Source of the DNA: Planctomycetota bacterium
GTDB taxonomy: Bacteria; Planctomycetota; UBA8108; SXIK01
Length of the DNA: 64,000 bases
Direction of reading: 5' to 3'
Assembly (NCBI GenBank): GCA_965223845.1
Contig: CBDCXR010000004.1
Span: 3,744,001 to 3,808,000 of the forward strand
Positions 9,601 through 17,824 of the stretch are shown in pieces; within the stretch, counting starts at the first letter, position 1; each line of letters starts with the position of its first letter. Both the position numbers and the translations under genes were made by a program. The notes below the pieces were generated by a model, which worked only from the letters and a program-made list of their open reading frames with translations, was not told the origin of the DNA and searched no databases.

Positions 9601-12047
9601 AAGGGCGCCAAACCCTGTCAAATCGCCTCGCGCGGGCGTCGCTCGTCTTCGGCGACCTGCGCATCTACCACGGAGTGGGATTCCGCCCTCGCGGCAGCCC
9701 CTTTACCCGACGGGGACGGAACAACTGGCGCGTGGTGATGGGTGCGGACTCGATCGATGGACGCCGGACGCTCACGCTCGACGCGCAACCCGGTGGCGGC
9801 GCGTCGAATCTGTCCGAGCGCCTGACGTTCTGGCTGATCGACGCGCTCGACGCGCCGAACTCCCGGATGCAGTACGTCGACTTTCGCATCGAGGGGCGGG
9901 GTGAAGCCGGGACGTTCGAGGACGTCGAAAAGATCGACCGGTCCTACCTCGACAATTGGTTCGGCCCCGATTCGGATCCGCCTTCCCGTCTGGCGGGAGA
10001 GACGGGCGTCGACAGACCCTCCCCGCAAGGATCGAGAACGACGTCGCGGAGACGCTCGTTTCGCCGGCGCAAACTCGGCGACCTCGACCCCCTCGGCCAT
10101 CTGCACAAGATCGACGACTACTGGGAGCTCTCGCTCTTCGGCGGACGCCACTATCAGGAGTCGTTCTTTCAGTACACTTCATCCGACATCGAAGATTACC
10201 GCTGGAACTTTCCTGCGCGCGCGAACAGCACCGACGAGAACTACGCTCCGCTCGTCGAGCTCGTTCAGTTCCTCGACCCCAATCACACCACCGACCGCGC
10301 GTTCGCGCGGGACCTCGACTCGATGCTCGACGTCGATGGTTGGATGCGCGTACTAGCGGTTCGCAATCTCGTCAACGACTGGGACACCATGGGCGGCTCC
10401 CGCGGAAAGAACTCGTTCCTCTTTCGTTCGACCGCGGACAACCGCTGGCACCTCCTCCCCTGGGACGCCGATCTCGCTTGGGGCGGACGCGATCGGATCG
10501 ACATGAGGAAGTTCCCGGCGATCGCACGGCTCGTCGGCACGCCCCGAAACTCGCGTCTCTTCCGCGGTTACCAGGAGTACCTCGGCGCGCGACTCCTCGA
10601 TCCGCAGTTCTTCGCGGACGTCCTCGACGACATCGAGCAGCACGCACGCATTTCCACGGGGAACTTCGCCGACGCCGGACGACGGTTCCGGGCAAAGGCC
10701 AGCGCGAACTCCTTCGGCCTTCGCTTCGCGGTAGGCAAGGCTCGGCGCGTCAAGCGCAGAGACCTCCCGGATGCGGCGGAGATTCAAGGCACCGCACCGG
10801 CGATCGTGATGCGATTCCGCCTCGACGGACGCGAGGGCGAAGTCGAGCTCGCGGGCGAGTCCGCGTGGCAGGCCACCTTCGACATCGGACCCGAGGGCGG
10901 CCGGCGAAAGCTCGAGGCGCTCGACTTCGGCGGCAACGTCATCGCGGCAGCGGAAATTTCCATCGCCGCGCGCCGAGGCGCGCCGGAGCTGCAGGATCCG
11001 GTGCGCGAGGCACCCACCGTCACACCGGAGCTCCGGGCGGCGATCGCGAAAGTCCACGCGCTCGAAGAGGCGCGGCGCGCGGCGGAAATCGAGTCGCCGG
11101 CGACGACCATCGCGGCGAAGACATCGAGCGATACGGACGCGAACACGGAATCCGTGGACTCGTCAACGCAGCCGAATAGCGGTGCCCGTCGGACAACGAT
11201 CGCGACGGCGCGGGGTCCGCGGGAAGGTCTCAACCACGAGGTCGACGACGACGGAGAGAGCCCGGCGACAGCGAGCTCGCGGCCCGCGCGCGATGCCCGA
11301 CTCGAGTCGCGCTCGCCGCTCGGGGACCAGCCTCGCCGCCGGGGCGGTAGCGAACTCGCGCCCGCCGTGTCGCGACTCGAGCCGGACGCGACTCCGCCGA
11401 CCGATGTTCCCTCGGCGCAGAAGCCCGGTCCACTCGAGCCGGCCGCGCCTTCGTCCGGCTCGCCGACGATGCGGATCGTCGTCTTCGTCATCGCGGTCTT
11501 GATCGCGGTTCAGATCGTCATCGTGGTCCGTTCGCGGCGGACGCGCAGCTCCGAGCGCGCGCCCGCTCAGGCGGAGCGCGCCCGCGCCGCGCCGGGAGCC
11601 CGAGCGGCCGCCGGACGGCGAGCCGCGGAAGGACGACGGGCGGCCGCCTCGCCACGCCGTCCCGAGCGGCGACCAGCGCGTGAGCGGCCGGAAGCGCCGT
11701 CGACCGAAGCCGCGGCCGGGGCGCCGAATCCGATCGGTCGGGCGATCGCACAGCTCGGATGCCCCGAGTTCGAGGTCGCGAGAGCTGCGCTTCGCTATCT
11801 CGAGAAGCACCTCGAGACCGACATCCCCGCCGTACTCCAATCGCTCGGGGACAGCCGAACGACCGTCATCCGCAAGGTACGGAGCTCCTCGACGGGGTCG
11901 CTGAGCGCCGTGGCGGCTCGCCCGGGCGAGCCGGGCCTACGAGTCCGCCAGCTCCTCGCACTGCTGCTCGAGCGAAGCATCGGGCGACCGGACGCGGAAC
12001 GTCCGACGCTCGAGGACTGGGTGAAGCACTGGCGGAGCCAGGGCTAG
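6690..12047 (+). CDS. Large exported protein: lamin-tail domains, beta-sandwich modules, CotH kinase domain, C-terminal TM helix and tail
   Basis: Three LTD starts (VVTEIHYHP..EFVEI, INEVRL..FVEIYN, INEIMYAP..EYIEI); WP..DG.G..LEL; CotH-type RPRGS and NDWDT..KNSFL..LLPWDADLAWG; hydrophobic MRIVVFVIAVLIAVQIVIVV. Start codon uncertain. Confidence 0.88.
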   Translation: MQARIASSSLAAGIVPSGSARDRSHRRLPSAASWLVFVALAAGLPSLNAAPWVVVTEIHYHPAEGDALEFVEILNREPPRVRLGGWSLDGEVTFLFPDDTLVLPGERIVVARNPAAFRLRYPGARKVYGPYRGKLDNNGGRLVLRNRTGAKMSEARYRRGGRWPSAPDGFGHTLSLESPYLDPTLAENWQSSSRIGGTPGAPNGFSDESTGELIVRAGDTWRYSHGDVAPRPTWFRSDFDDSRWSEGPSGLGYGDGDDATELPAMRGNYASLFTRHSFEVDSPESFASLILRVDYDDGFVAYLNGKEVARANLGVPGETIDFDRFADSAHEAGSPGEFLIGAATDVLKDGTNVLAVQAHNDDLYSTDLTLIVELESREVESRVRPVLPPRINEVRLPRAGGDPGFVEIYNPSHVPLSLAGYALTDDPFAPAKLPLEIEKRVPPGTWIRVDEIGGLFAPEKDGGEPKNRLSLALTRPADGVVTDVFRFDRPEGERQSAGRFPDGDGSIYTLEKPSPGERNRAEVTDALVINEIMYAPLHGGDEREYIEIYCRGRSALPLAGFRLSGAVKFEFASDVVAKPGEYLLVAKKPEEIARVYGLSRSAVLGPYKGKLGDRREEVRLRDSRGFVIDRVAYADRSPWPRAADGMGSSLELIHPELDNALPAAWAASTEGDKAPWQTFRYAKPHSPVNTGIRSQELQLMLLAEGECFIDGVRFGARGNILSDGDFKRGGDDWQALGTHGRSRPVDAGRKSRDTYFHLIADGRGNPRYNYVTLALDPTLKHGAKYQMAFSARWQSGSPLLLTRIAGQSVAQVHRLKVPERLGTPGKPNSRFSERPMPVVGIPRQFPIVPTTEQEATFDVAISARDRVTSAALHFRPEGEANWNARPLAEVRRGSGIWSGSLPRLPAGKVEFWIGATDSRGAVGTFPASSESERALDGTPHDTALYAVGLIPSSRLPTITLLVSDDEWGALQGRQTLSNRLARASLVFGDLRIYHGVGFRPRGSPFTRRGRNNWRVVMGADSIDGRRTLTLDAQPGGGASNLSERLTFWLIDALDAPNSRMQYVDFRIEGRGEAGTFEDVEKIDRSYLDNWFGPDSDPPSRLAGETGVDRPSPQGSRTTSRRRSFRRRKLGDLDPLGHLHKIDDYWELSLFGGRHYQESFFQYTSSDIEDYRWNFPARANSTDENYAPLVELVQFLDPNHTTDRAFARDLDSMLDVDGWMRVLAVRNLVNDWDTMGGSRGKNSFLFRSTADNRWHLLPWDADLAWGGRDRIDMRKFPAIARLVGTPRNSRLFRGYQEYLGARLLDPQFFADVLDDIEQHARISTGNFADAGRRFRAKASANSFGLRFAVGKARRVKRRDLPDAAEIQGTAPAIVMRFRLDGREGEVELAGESAWQATFDIGPEGGRRKLEALDFGGNVIAAAEISIAARRGAPELQDPVREAPTVTPELRAAIAKVHALEEARRAAEIESPATTIAAKTSSDTDANTESVDSSTQPNSGARRTTIATARGPREGLNHEVDDDGESPATASSRPARDARLESRSPLGDQPRRRGGSELAPAVSRLEPDATPPTDVPSAQKPGPLEPAAPSSGSPTMRIVVFVIAVLIAVQIVIVVRSRRTRSSERAPAQAERARAAPGARAAAGRRAAEGRRAAASPRRPERRPARERPEAPSTEAAAGAPNPIGRAIAQLGCPEFEVARAALRYLEKHLETDIPAVLQSLGDSRTTVIRKVRSSSTGSLSAVAARPGEPGLRVRQLLALLLERSIGRPDAERPTLEDWVKHWRSQG

Positions 12048-12196
12048 GCGACGGCGGAGGAAACCGGATCCGACCCGTCGCGGCGATGCCGCTCGAGGTA
12101 CCGCCTTCTCCGGATTCGCCGCTTGTCCGGCTCACCGCGCGGACCTAGCGTTCGAACGGCGCCTCAGCGAACGGCCGAAGCTCGCGAGGTTTCTTG

Positions 12197-13069
12197 CTAC
12201 GGCAGGACGACCGCGCGCCGGACGTAATCGAGCTCGGGAAACTGCGACTCGAGGTACGCATTTCCCTGCGACTGGATCTTCGACTGCTCAGGTCCGCTTC
12301 CTCGCGGTGGACCGTCCTCGTATCCGGAATAGAGCGCGTCGACGACGTCCATACCGTCGACAACCTCTCCGAACGGAGCGAATCCATCTCTATCGAGGAA
12401 CGCGTTCGTGTTCGCGAGATTGACGAACACTTGCGTCGTGCGCGATGCGGGCGTGGACGACTTGGCAAACGATACGTAGCCGCGCTTGTTCGATTCGACC
12501 ACCGGATCGTCCTCGATCGTGGCCTCGCGCCAGGCGGCGTTCACGACGGGTTCGCCGTGAATTCCGAACTGGACGACGAAACCCTTGAGAACGCGGAAAA
12601 ACGCGACGTTGTCGTAGTAGCCAACGCGGACGAGGTTGTAGAACCGATCGGCGCCTTCGGCGGCCCACTTGCGATGCACGCGAACGACGAAGTCTCCGCG
12701 TGTCGTATCGAACTTGACGTCGAACGTCTCCGGCGCCTCCTCTTTCAGCGTCGCCGGCTGAAGAAGATTCGGATGGTGATCGCGCAGCGACTCCGGGATC
12801 TCGGGCGGCTCACCATTCGGCGGGCTCGTCGTCACTCCCGAGTTCGTCCCCGAGGGACCGTGCTCCGGTGAAGTCTGCCCGGAGCCGACGGCCGGCTGTC
12901 CGCTCGCATCCCCGGACGACTCCGTGGAAGTTCCCGCACCGTCGGTCGCTTCGTCGTCGAGGTTCACCTTCGGCTGAACGCCCGAGCAACCGGCGCCGAA
13001 GCCGAGCCCGCAGAATCCGAGCGCGACGACGGTCCAAACCTCCCACGGGGAACGCACCCTGCTGCGCAT
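12197..13069 (-). CDS. Cyclophilin-type peptidyl-prolyl isomerase, probable lipoprotein
   Basis: FFRVLKGFVVQFG, RTTQVFVNL, FAPFGEVVDGMDVVD; lipobox-like LGFGAGC; ATG at 13069 preceded by GAGG. Confidence 0.93.
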   Translation of the reverse strand: MRSRVRSPWEVWTVVALGFCGLGFGAGCSGVQPKVNLDDEATDGAGTSTESSGDASGQPAVGSGQTSPEHGPSGTNSGVTTSPPNGEPPEIPESLRDHHPNLLQPATLKEEAPETFDVKFDTTRGDFVVRVHRKWAAEGADRFYNLVRVGYYDNVAFFRVLKGFVVQFGIHGEPVVNAAWREATIEDDPVVESNKRGYVSFAKSSTPASRTTQVFVNLANTNAFLDRDGFAPFGEVVDGMDVVDALYSGYEDGPPRGSGPEQSKIQSQGNAYLESQFPELDYVRRAVVLP

Positions 13070-13249
13070 ATTCCTCACTCCCGAGCTGCGACACGCACAT
13101 CCCACCGAGGACACCGAAAGACAGGATAGCGGAATCGCGCTCCCGCTTCAAATGAACGCGAGCCGGAGGAGACGCGCGGGGAGCCGGCGGGACTCGAGTT
13201 CGCTCCAGGGGCTCGCGAAGCGTCCGATTTGCGTACAATCTCGCCCGCG

Positions 13250-14170
13250 ATGACTCCCGACTCTTCACCGATCTCGTCCCCGGCGCGCGGCCGGTGTTTT
13301 CTCGTCGCCGCGGCCGTTCTCTGGAGCAGCGCCGGACTGTTCGCCAAGGCGCCGACGTTCGCGGACTGGCCCATCGAGTCCCGCGGAATGGTCCTCGCGT
13401 TCTGGCGCGCCCTGTTCGCGGGCGCGCTCCTCCTCCCGATCGTTCGGAAACCACGCTGGGACTACCGGCTCGTTCCGCTCGTCGCCATCTTCGCCGTGAT
13501 GAACGTGACCTACCTCACCGCGCTCACGCGGACGACCGGGGCGAACGCGATCTGGCTGCAAAACACCGCGCCACTGTGGGTGTTCTTCCTCGGGGTCGCG
13601 TTTCTCGGGGAGAGGGTCACCGGGCGACACGTCGCCGCACTCATGCTCGGGGCGACGGGAATCGCGACCATCCTCGCTTACGAGCTCCGCGGCGCCGAAG
13701 CCGTGGGCACGCAGTGCGCACTCGCCTCGGGATTTACCTACGCGTGCGTCATCGTCTTTCTGCGCGCGCTCCGCACGCTCGACGCGTCGTGGCTGATAGC
13801 CCTCAACCTCATCGCGACCGCGGTCATCGTCGCGCCGTTTGCACTCACTTCCGGCGTGGTCCCATCCGCAGGCCAACTCGGTCTGCTCGCGGTGTTCGGC
13901 CTTCTCCAAATGGGTCTTCCGTACGTACTCTTCGCTCGCGGGCTCCGCGAAGTCTCGTCTCAGGAGGGATCGCTCATCGCCCTTCTCGAACCCGTCCTCC
14001 TCCCCGTGTGGGTGTTTCTCGCCGTCGGAGAAGCGCCCGCACCCTGGACCTACGTCGGGGCGGCCCTCATCCTGGCGGGACTGATCGTTCGCTTCGGTTG
14101 CTCCGGCCGCGGCCGCGGCCGGAGCAACCGGACCGAGGCGGATCCGACGGCGATCGATGCGCCGGAGTAG
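13250..14170 (+). CDS. EamA/DMT family transporter
   Basis: About 10 hydrophobic segments in two repeats; LWSSAG, NAIWLQNTAP, LLEPVL, GAALILAG. Confidence 0.92.
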   Translation: MTPDSSPISSPARGRCFLVAAAVLWSSAGLFAKAPTFADWPIESRGMVLAFWRALFAGALLLPIVRKPRWDYRLVPLVAIFAVMNVTYLTALTRTTGANAIWLQNTAPLWVFFLGVAFLGERVTGRHVAALMLGATGIATILAYELRGAEAVGTQCALASGFTYACVIVFLRALRTLDASWLIALNLIATAVIVAPFALTSGVVPSAGQLGLLAVFGLLQMGLPYVLFARGLREVSSQEGSLIALLEPVLLPVWVFLAVGEAPAPWTYVGAALILAGLIVRFGCSGRGRGRSNRTEADPTAIDAPE

Positions 14171-14174
14171 CCCG

Positions 14175-15218
14175 ATGGAAACGACGCCCCTGCCCGAGCT
14201 CGTCGATTCGACGGAGCAGCTCGAGGATCTCCTCAGCGAGCCGACCGCCGCCGCCGTCGACGCTCTCCGTGAAGTGCCCGGCGATATCGTCGTTCTCGGC
14301 GCCGGGGGAAAAATGGGACCCTCACTCGCGCGAATGGCGCGCCGCGCGAGCGACGCCGCCGGGATCTCGAGACGCGTGATCGCGGTGTCGCGCTTCGGCG
14401 ACGCCGAGGCGCGGCGCGCCCTCGAGTCCTCGGGCGTCGAGACCATCGCCGCGGATCTTCTCAATCTCGAGGCTTGGGACCGACTTCCCGATGCCGGTGG
14501 TGTCCTCTCCGCGCTCGGCCGAAAATTCGGCTCGACCGGAGACGAAGCCGCGACGTGGGCGACGAATGCGGTCCTCGCCGCTCGCGTCGGCGAGCGCTAT
14601 TCCGGGAGTCGCGTGGTCGCGTTCTCTACGGGAAACGTCTACGGACCCGTGTCGATCGCGGGCACCGGATCGCGCGAGGACGACCCGCTCCGCCCCGTCG
14701 GCGAGTACGCGATGAGCTGCGTCGGCCGCGAGCGCGTGCTCGAGTTCAACTCACGCCACCTAGGAACGAGGACGTCGATTCTTCGGCTCAACTACGCGGT
14801 CGAGCTCCGCTACGGAGTCCTCGTCGACATCGCGCGTCGCGTTTGGGCGAATCGTCCCGTCGAGATCACCGTTCCGGCCGTGAACGTGATCTGGCAAGGC
14901 GATGCGTCCGCCGCCGCGATCGCGGCGCTGGCATCGGCATCGTCGCCGCCCTGCGTGCTCAATCTCGCCGGCCCGGAGATCCTGCGGGTCCACGACACGG
15001 CACTCGCGTTCGGCGAGCGGTTCGAAAAAAAAGTCGCCTTCGAAGGAGTCGAAGGCGAGACGGCGCTCCTCAGCGATGGCCGGCGCGCTCGCGATCAGTT
15101 CGGCGAGCCGCGCGTACCGGCGGCCCGCCTGATTCGCTGGACTGCTCATTGGATCGCGAGTGGCGGAAGCGATCTCGGAAAGCCGACGCACTTCGAAAAC
15201 GTCGACGGCCGGTTCTAG
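14175..15218 (+). CDS. NAD-dependent epimerase/dehydratase family protein
   Basis: VLGAGGKMG Rossmann motif; GRKFG, FSTGNVY, GEYAMSC, LRLNYA, NVIWQGDA, KPTHFE. Confidence 0.88.
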   Translation: METTPLPELVDSTEQLEDLLSEPTAAAVDALREVPGDIVVLGAGGKMGPSLARMARRASDAAGISRRVIAVSRFGDAEARRALESSGVETIAADLLNLEAWDRLPDAGGVLSALGRKFGSTGDEAATWATNAVLAARVGERYSGSRVVAFSTGNVYGPVSIAGTGSREDDPLRPVGEYAMSCVGRERVLEFNSRHLGTRTSILRLNYAVELRYGVLVDIARRVWANRPVEITVPAVNVIWQGDASAAAIAALASASSPPCVLNLAGPEILRVHDTALAFGERFEKKVAFEGVEGETALLSDGRRARDQFGEPRVPAARLIRWTAHWIASGGSDLGKPTHFENVDGRF

Positions 15219-15272
15219 TCGCGAAGGAGTTTGCCGAGCCGCTTCGCTCGAAGCGGCGCCCTCGCTCGTTCG

Positions 15273-16418
15273 TCAGTGGAGCTCGTCGTGATCCGCCAGC
15301 CGATCGAGCCACCACGCGAGCTCGCGGTCGTACTCGGTATCGAGATCCTGCTTGACGAGATGGCGGTGGAAGCTCACCGCGCCGACGCGTCCGAACTCCG
15401 CCGCGTCCGCGTCGGCAAACCGCTTGTCGGCGTCCGGCGCGATCATCCGGTCGATCAGGCCGTGAAGGAGAGCGTCGTCGCGCACCTCCCGCGGAAGAAG
15501 CGCATCGAGCCGCTCGGGAAGACGCTTCTTTTGCGCGAGAAGCTCGTCGAACGTCGTCGCCGAGCGGAACAGCTTCTGTCCGGTGAGCATCTCGATGAGG
15601 ATGTACCCGAGGCTCGCGACGTCCGAGCGGAGGCGGACCGATCGACCGCGGTGCTGCTCCGGGGCCATGTAGTAAGGCGTCCCGCGGAGTCCGGCCGGGA
15701 CTTCGTCCACGTGGCACGAGCTGTCCATGTCGATGATCTTCTTCGTCCCGGTACGCTTGACCATGATGTTCGATGGCTTCAGGTCGCAGTGGGCGATTCC
15801 AAAGTGGTGAAGCGAAGCGAGGCCGGCAAGGCAGCCGCGGAGGATGTCGACGGCGACGCCGGACTTGAGTCGGCAGTGATCCTTGCCCTCGGTCACGATG
15901 ACATCGTTCAGGCGCTCCCAGAGGTCCCGCGGCGCCTTCTCGCAGAATCGCCGGTAGCGGTCGCGATCGAGAAGCTGTGACAGATCGAGCCCGTCGACCC
16001 ACTCGGCCACCATCACTCGCGTGTCGGAAATCGAGACAAAGTCGCGGATCGAGATGATGTTGTCGTGCTGAATCCGGCTGACGAGCTGAGCCTGACGGGC
16101 GATGCGCTCCATCTCGCGGCGGTACTCATCCTCCGACATGCTCTTCGGACGGAAGAACATCTTGAGCGCGACCATGGTGTCGTAACCGTCGACACCTTCG
16201 CGCCGGGCGAGGTAGACGACGCCTTGGCCGCCGCTCCCGAGAAGGCGCTGGACGTCGTAGCGAGCCGTCCAGCAGAGCTCCTTCGGTGGATCGGCCGGAG
16301 GCTTGGGCGCCTCCGCGGGCTTCCCGTCCGACGACAATCGACTGAGGAGCGCTTCGACGCTCCACGTAGTTTCGGGTGAGCTCGGGTCGAACGGAGTCGG
16401 AGTCGGATCGGCGGACAT
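15273..16418 (-). CDS. Stand-alone Hanks-type Ser/Thr protein kinase
   Basis: LGSGGQGVVY, VALK, HCDLKPSNIM, GTPYYMAPE, SDVASLG; the DFG position reads DMD. Confidence 0.92.
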   Translation of the reverse strand: MSADPTPTPFDPSSPETTWSVEALLSRLSSDGKPAEAPKPPADPPKELCWTARYDVQRLLGSGGQGVVYLARREGVDGYDTMVALKMFFRPKSMSEDEYRREMERIARQAQLVSRIQHDNIISIRDFVSISDTRVMVAEWVDGLDLSQLLDRDRYRRFCEKAPRDLWERLNDVIVTEGKDHCRLKSGVAVDILRGCLAGLASLHHFGIAHCDLKPSNIMVKRTGTKKIIDMDSSCHVDEVPAGLRGTPYYMAPEQHRGRSVRLRSDVASLGYILIEMLTGQKLFRSATTFDELLAQKKRLPERLDALLPREVRDDALLHGLIDRMIAPDADKRFADADAAEFGRVGAVSFHRHLVKQDLDTEYDRELAWWLDRLADHDELH

Positions 16419-16614
16419 CGGAGATCTCGAGCAAGCGCGGAGACGAAAACGAAGGAGAGAGTCTACCGCCATTCCGCCTTGCGCGCGGCGCGATTGCGCG
16501 CGGGAATCGCCAGGGGGTAGGATCGGAGCCGGCTCGCGGGGGTGACGCTGCGAGCCGAGAACCGGTCACGCCTACGTACGATCACTTCTCCCGATATCTC
16601 TATCGAGGTTTCCC

Positions 16615-17433
16615 TTGGGCTATCCCTTCGCCATCTGCAGCGAGCTTTTCTCGACTCCGATCGACGAAACCATCCGGACAGTCGCGGCGCTCGGGTTCGC
16701 GGGCATCGAGATCGCGCCCTTCAACATCGCCGAAGACGTGCGCGAGGTCTCCGCCTCGCGGCGGCGCGAAATTCGCAGCATCGCTGACGGCGAGGGAATC
16801 GAGATCGTCGGGCTCCACTGGCTTCTCGTCTCGCCGAAAGGCCTCCACCTCACGTCGGCGGATGCTTCGATCCGCGAGCGGACCGCCGAGTATTTGAGCG
16901 CCCTCGCTCACTTCTGCGCGGATCTCGGCGGGAGGGTCATGATCCTCGGGTCGCCGCAGCAGCGAAACCTCTCGCCGGCGGACGACCGCCCGAGCGCCGT
17001 CAAGCGCGCGGCCGACGTGCTCGCTACCGCGGGAGAGGCCTGCGCGGAGCGTGAGGTCCGCCTCCTCGTCGAGGCGCTTCACCCAGCCGAGACGAACTTC
17101 CTTCAGACGATCGAGGAGGTGCTCGCGCTGAACGCGGAGCACGGCCACCCCGCGATCGGATACATGCTCGACTGTAAAGCGATGTCGGGAATGCCCGACG
17201 GCGTCGTCGGCACGATCGAAAAGCACGGACGCGATGCCGGCCACTTCCACACGAACGATCCGAGCGGCGCCGGGCCCGGAATGGGCGAGCTCCAGTTCGG
17301 CCCCGTCATGTCCGCTCTTTCTCGGAGCGGCTACGAGGGATGGGTCTCGTCGGAGCCGTTCATCTACGAGCCGGATCCCGCGACGGTCGCGCGCACGGCG
17401 CTCGCGACGCTGCGGCAGGCGGAAACCGCCTGA
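16615..17433 (+). CDS. Sugar phosphate isomerase/epimerase (xylose isomerase-like TIM barrel)
   Basis: FAICSE, GIEIAPF, GLHWLL, LGSPQQR, EAL..ETNF, LDCKAM, HFHTND, WVSSEPF; TTG start after GAGG. Confidence 0.9.
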   Translation: MGYPFAICSELFSTPIDETIRTVAALGFAGIEIAPFNIAEDVREVSASRRREIRSIADGEGIEIVGLHWLLVSPKGLHLTSADASIRERTAEYLSALAHFCADLGGRVMILGSPQQRNLSPADDRPSAVKRAADVLATAGEACAEREVRLLVEALHPAETNFLQTIEEVLALNAEHGHPAIGYMLDCKAMSGMPDGVVGTIEKHGRDAGHFHTNDPSGAGPGMGELQFGPVMSALSRSGYEGWVSSEPFIYEPDPATVARTALATLRQAETA

Positions 17434-17545
17434 TCGCGACCACTCCGCGGGTCGATCGGTCCTTACCGGAAGGAATCCGCCGCGCTGACGGCGCCCGACG
17501 GCCGCCGGGTCGGCCGGTCGCGAGGCTGCCGACGGACGGCCACGG

Positions 17546-17575
17546 TTGCGGGAGAGACCGAAACGACGGTACAAT
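17546..17575 (+). promoter_or_regulatory. Putative sigma70 promoter of the small basic ORF
   Basis: TTGCGG (17546-17551), 18-nt spacer, TACAAT (17570-17575). Confidence 0.5.
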
Positions 17576-17617
17576 CCGGCCCTTTGTCCCGCCGCCCCGT
17601 CGAGGAGCAGACGCAGA

Positions 17618-17698
17618 ATGCGCAAGAAGCACCGAGGCCGTCGCAAGATGGGCCAGAAGAAACGCCGCGCTCGGAAGAAGCGGCGCATGAAGAAGTAG
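17618..17698 (+). CDS. 26-aa Lys/Arg-rich peptide MRKKHRGRRKMGQKKRRARKKRRMKK, candidate small ribosomal or nucleic-acid-binding protein
   Basis: ATG..TAG in an intergenic gap, GAGGAG SD at 17602-17607, upstream promoter, downstream hairpins. Below the ORF-track length cutoff. Confidence 0.75.
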   Translation: MRKKHRGRRKMGQKKRRARKKRRMKK

Positions 17699-17705
17699 AG
17701 TTGTC

Positions 17706-17758
17706 GCGGCGTCCCTTCGCCCGCGGAGCGCGAGGGGCCGCACGAGAGAGACTCTCGT
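17706..17758 (+). terminator. Tandem hairpins after the small ORF (possible terminator or stabiliser)
   Basis: GCGG..CCCTTCGC / GCGAGGGG.CCGC stem, then ACGAGAG-AGA-CTCTCGT. No U-tract. Confidence 0.4.
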
Positions 17759-17824
17759 AGATCGCGCGACTCCTCAGCGCAGCGGGGCAGGTCGCTCCGC
17801 CGCGAACACTGCGATCGAACGTAA

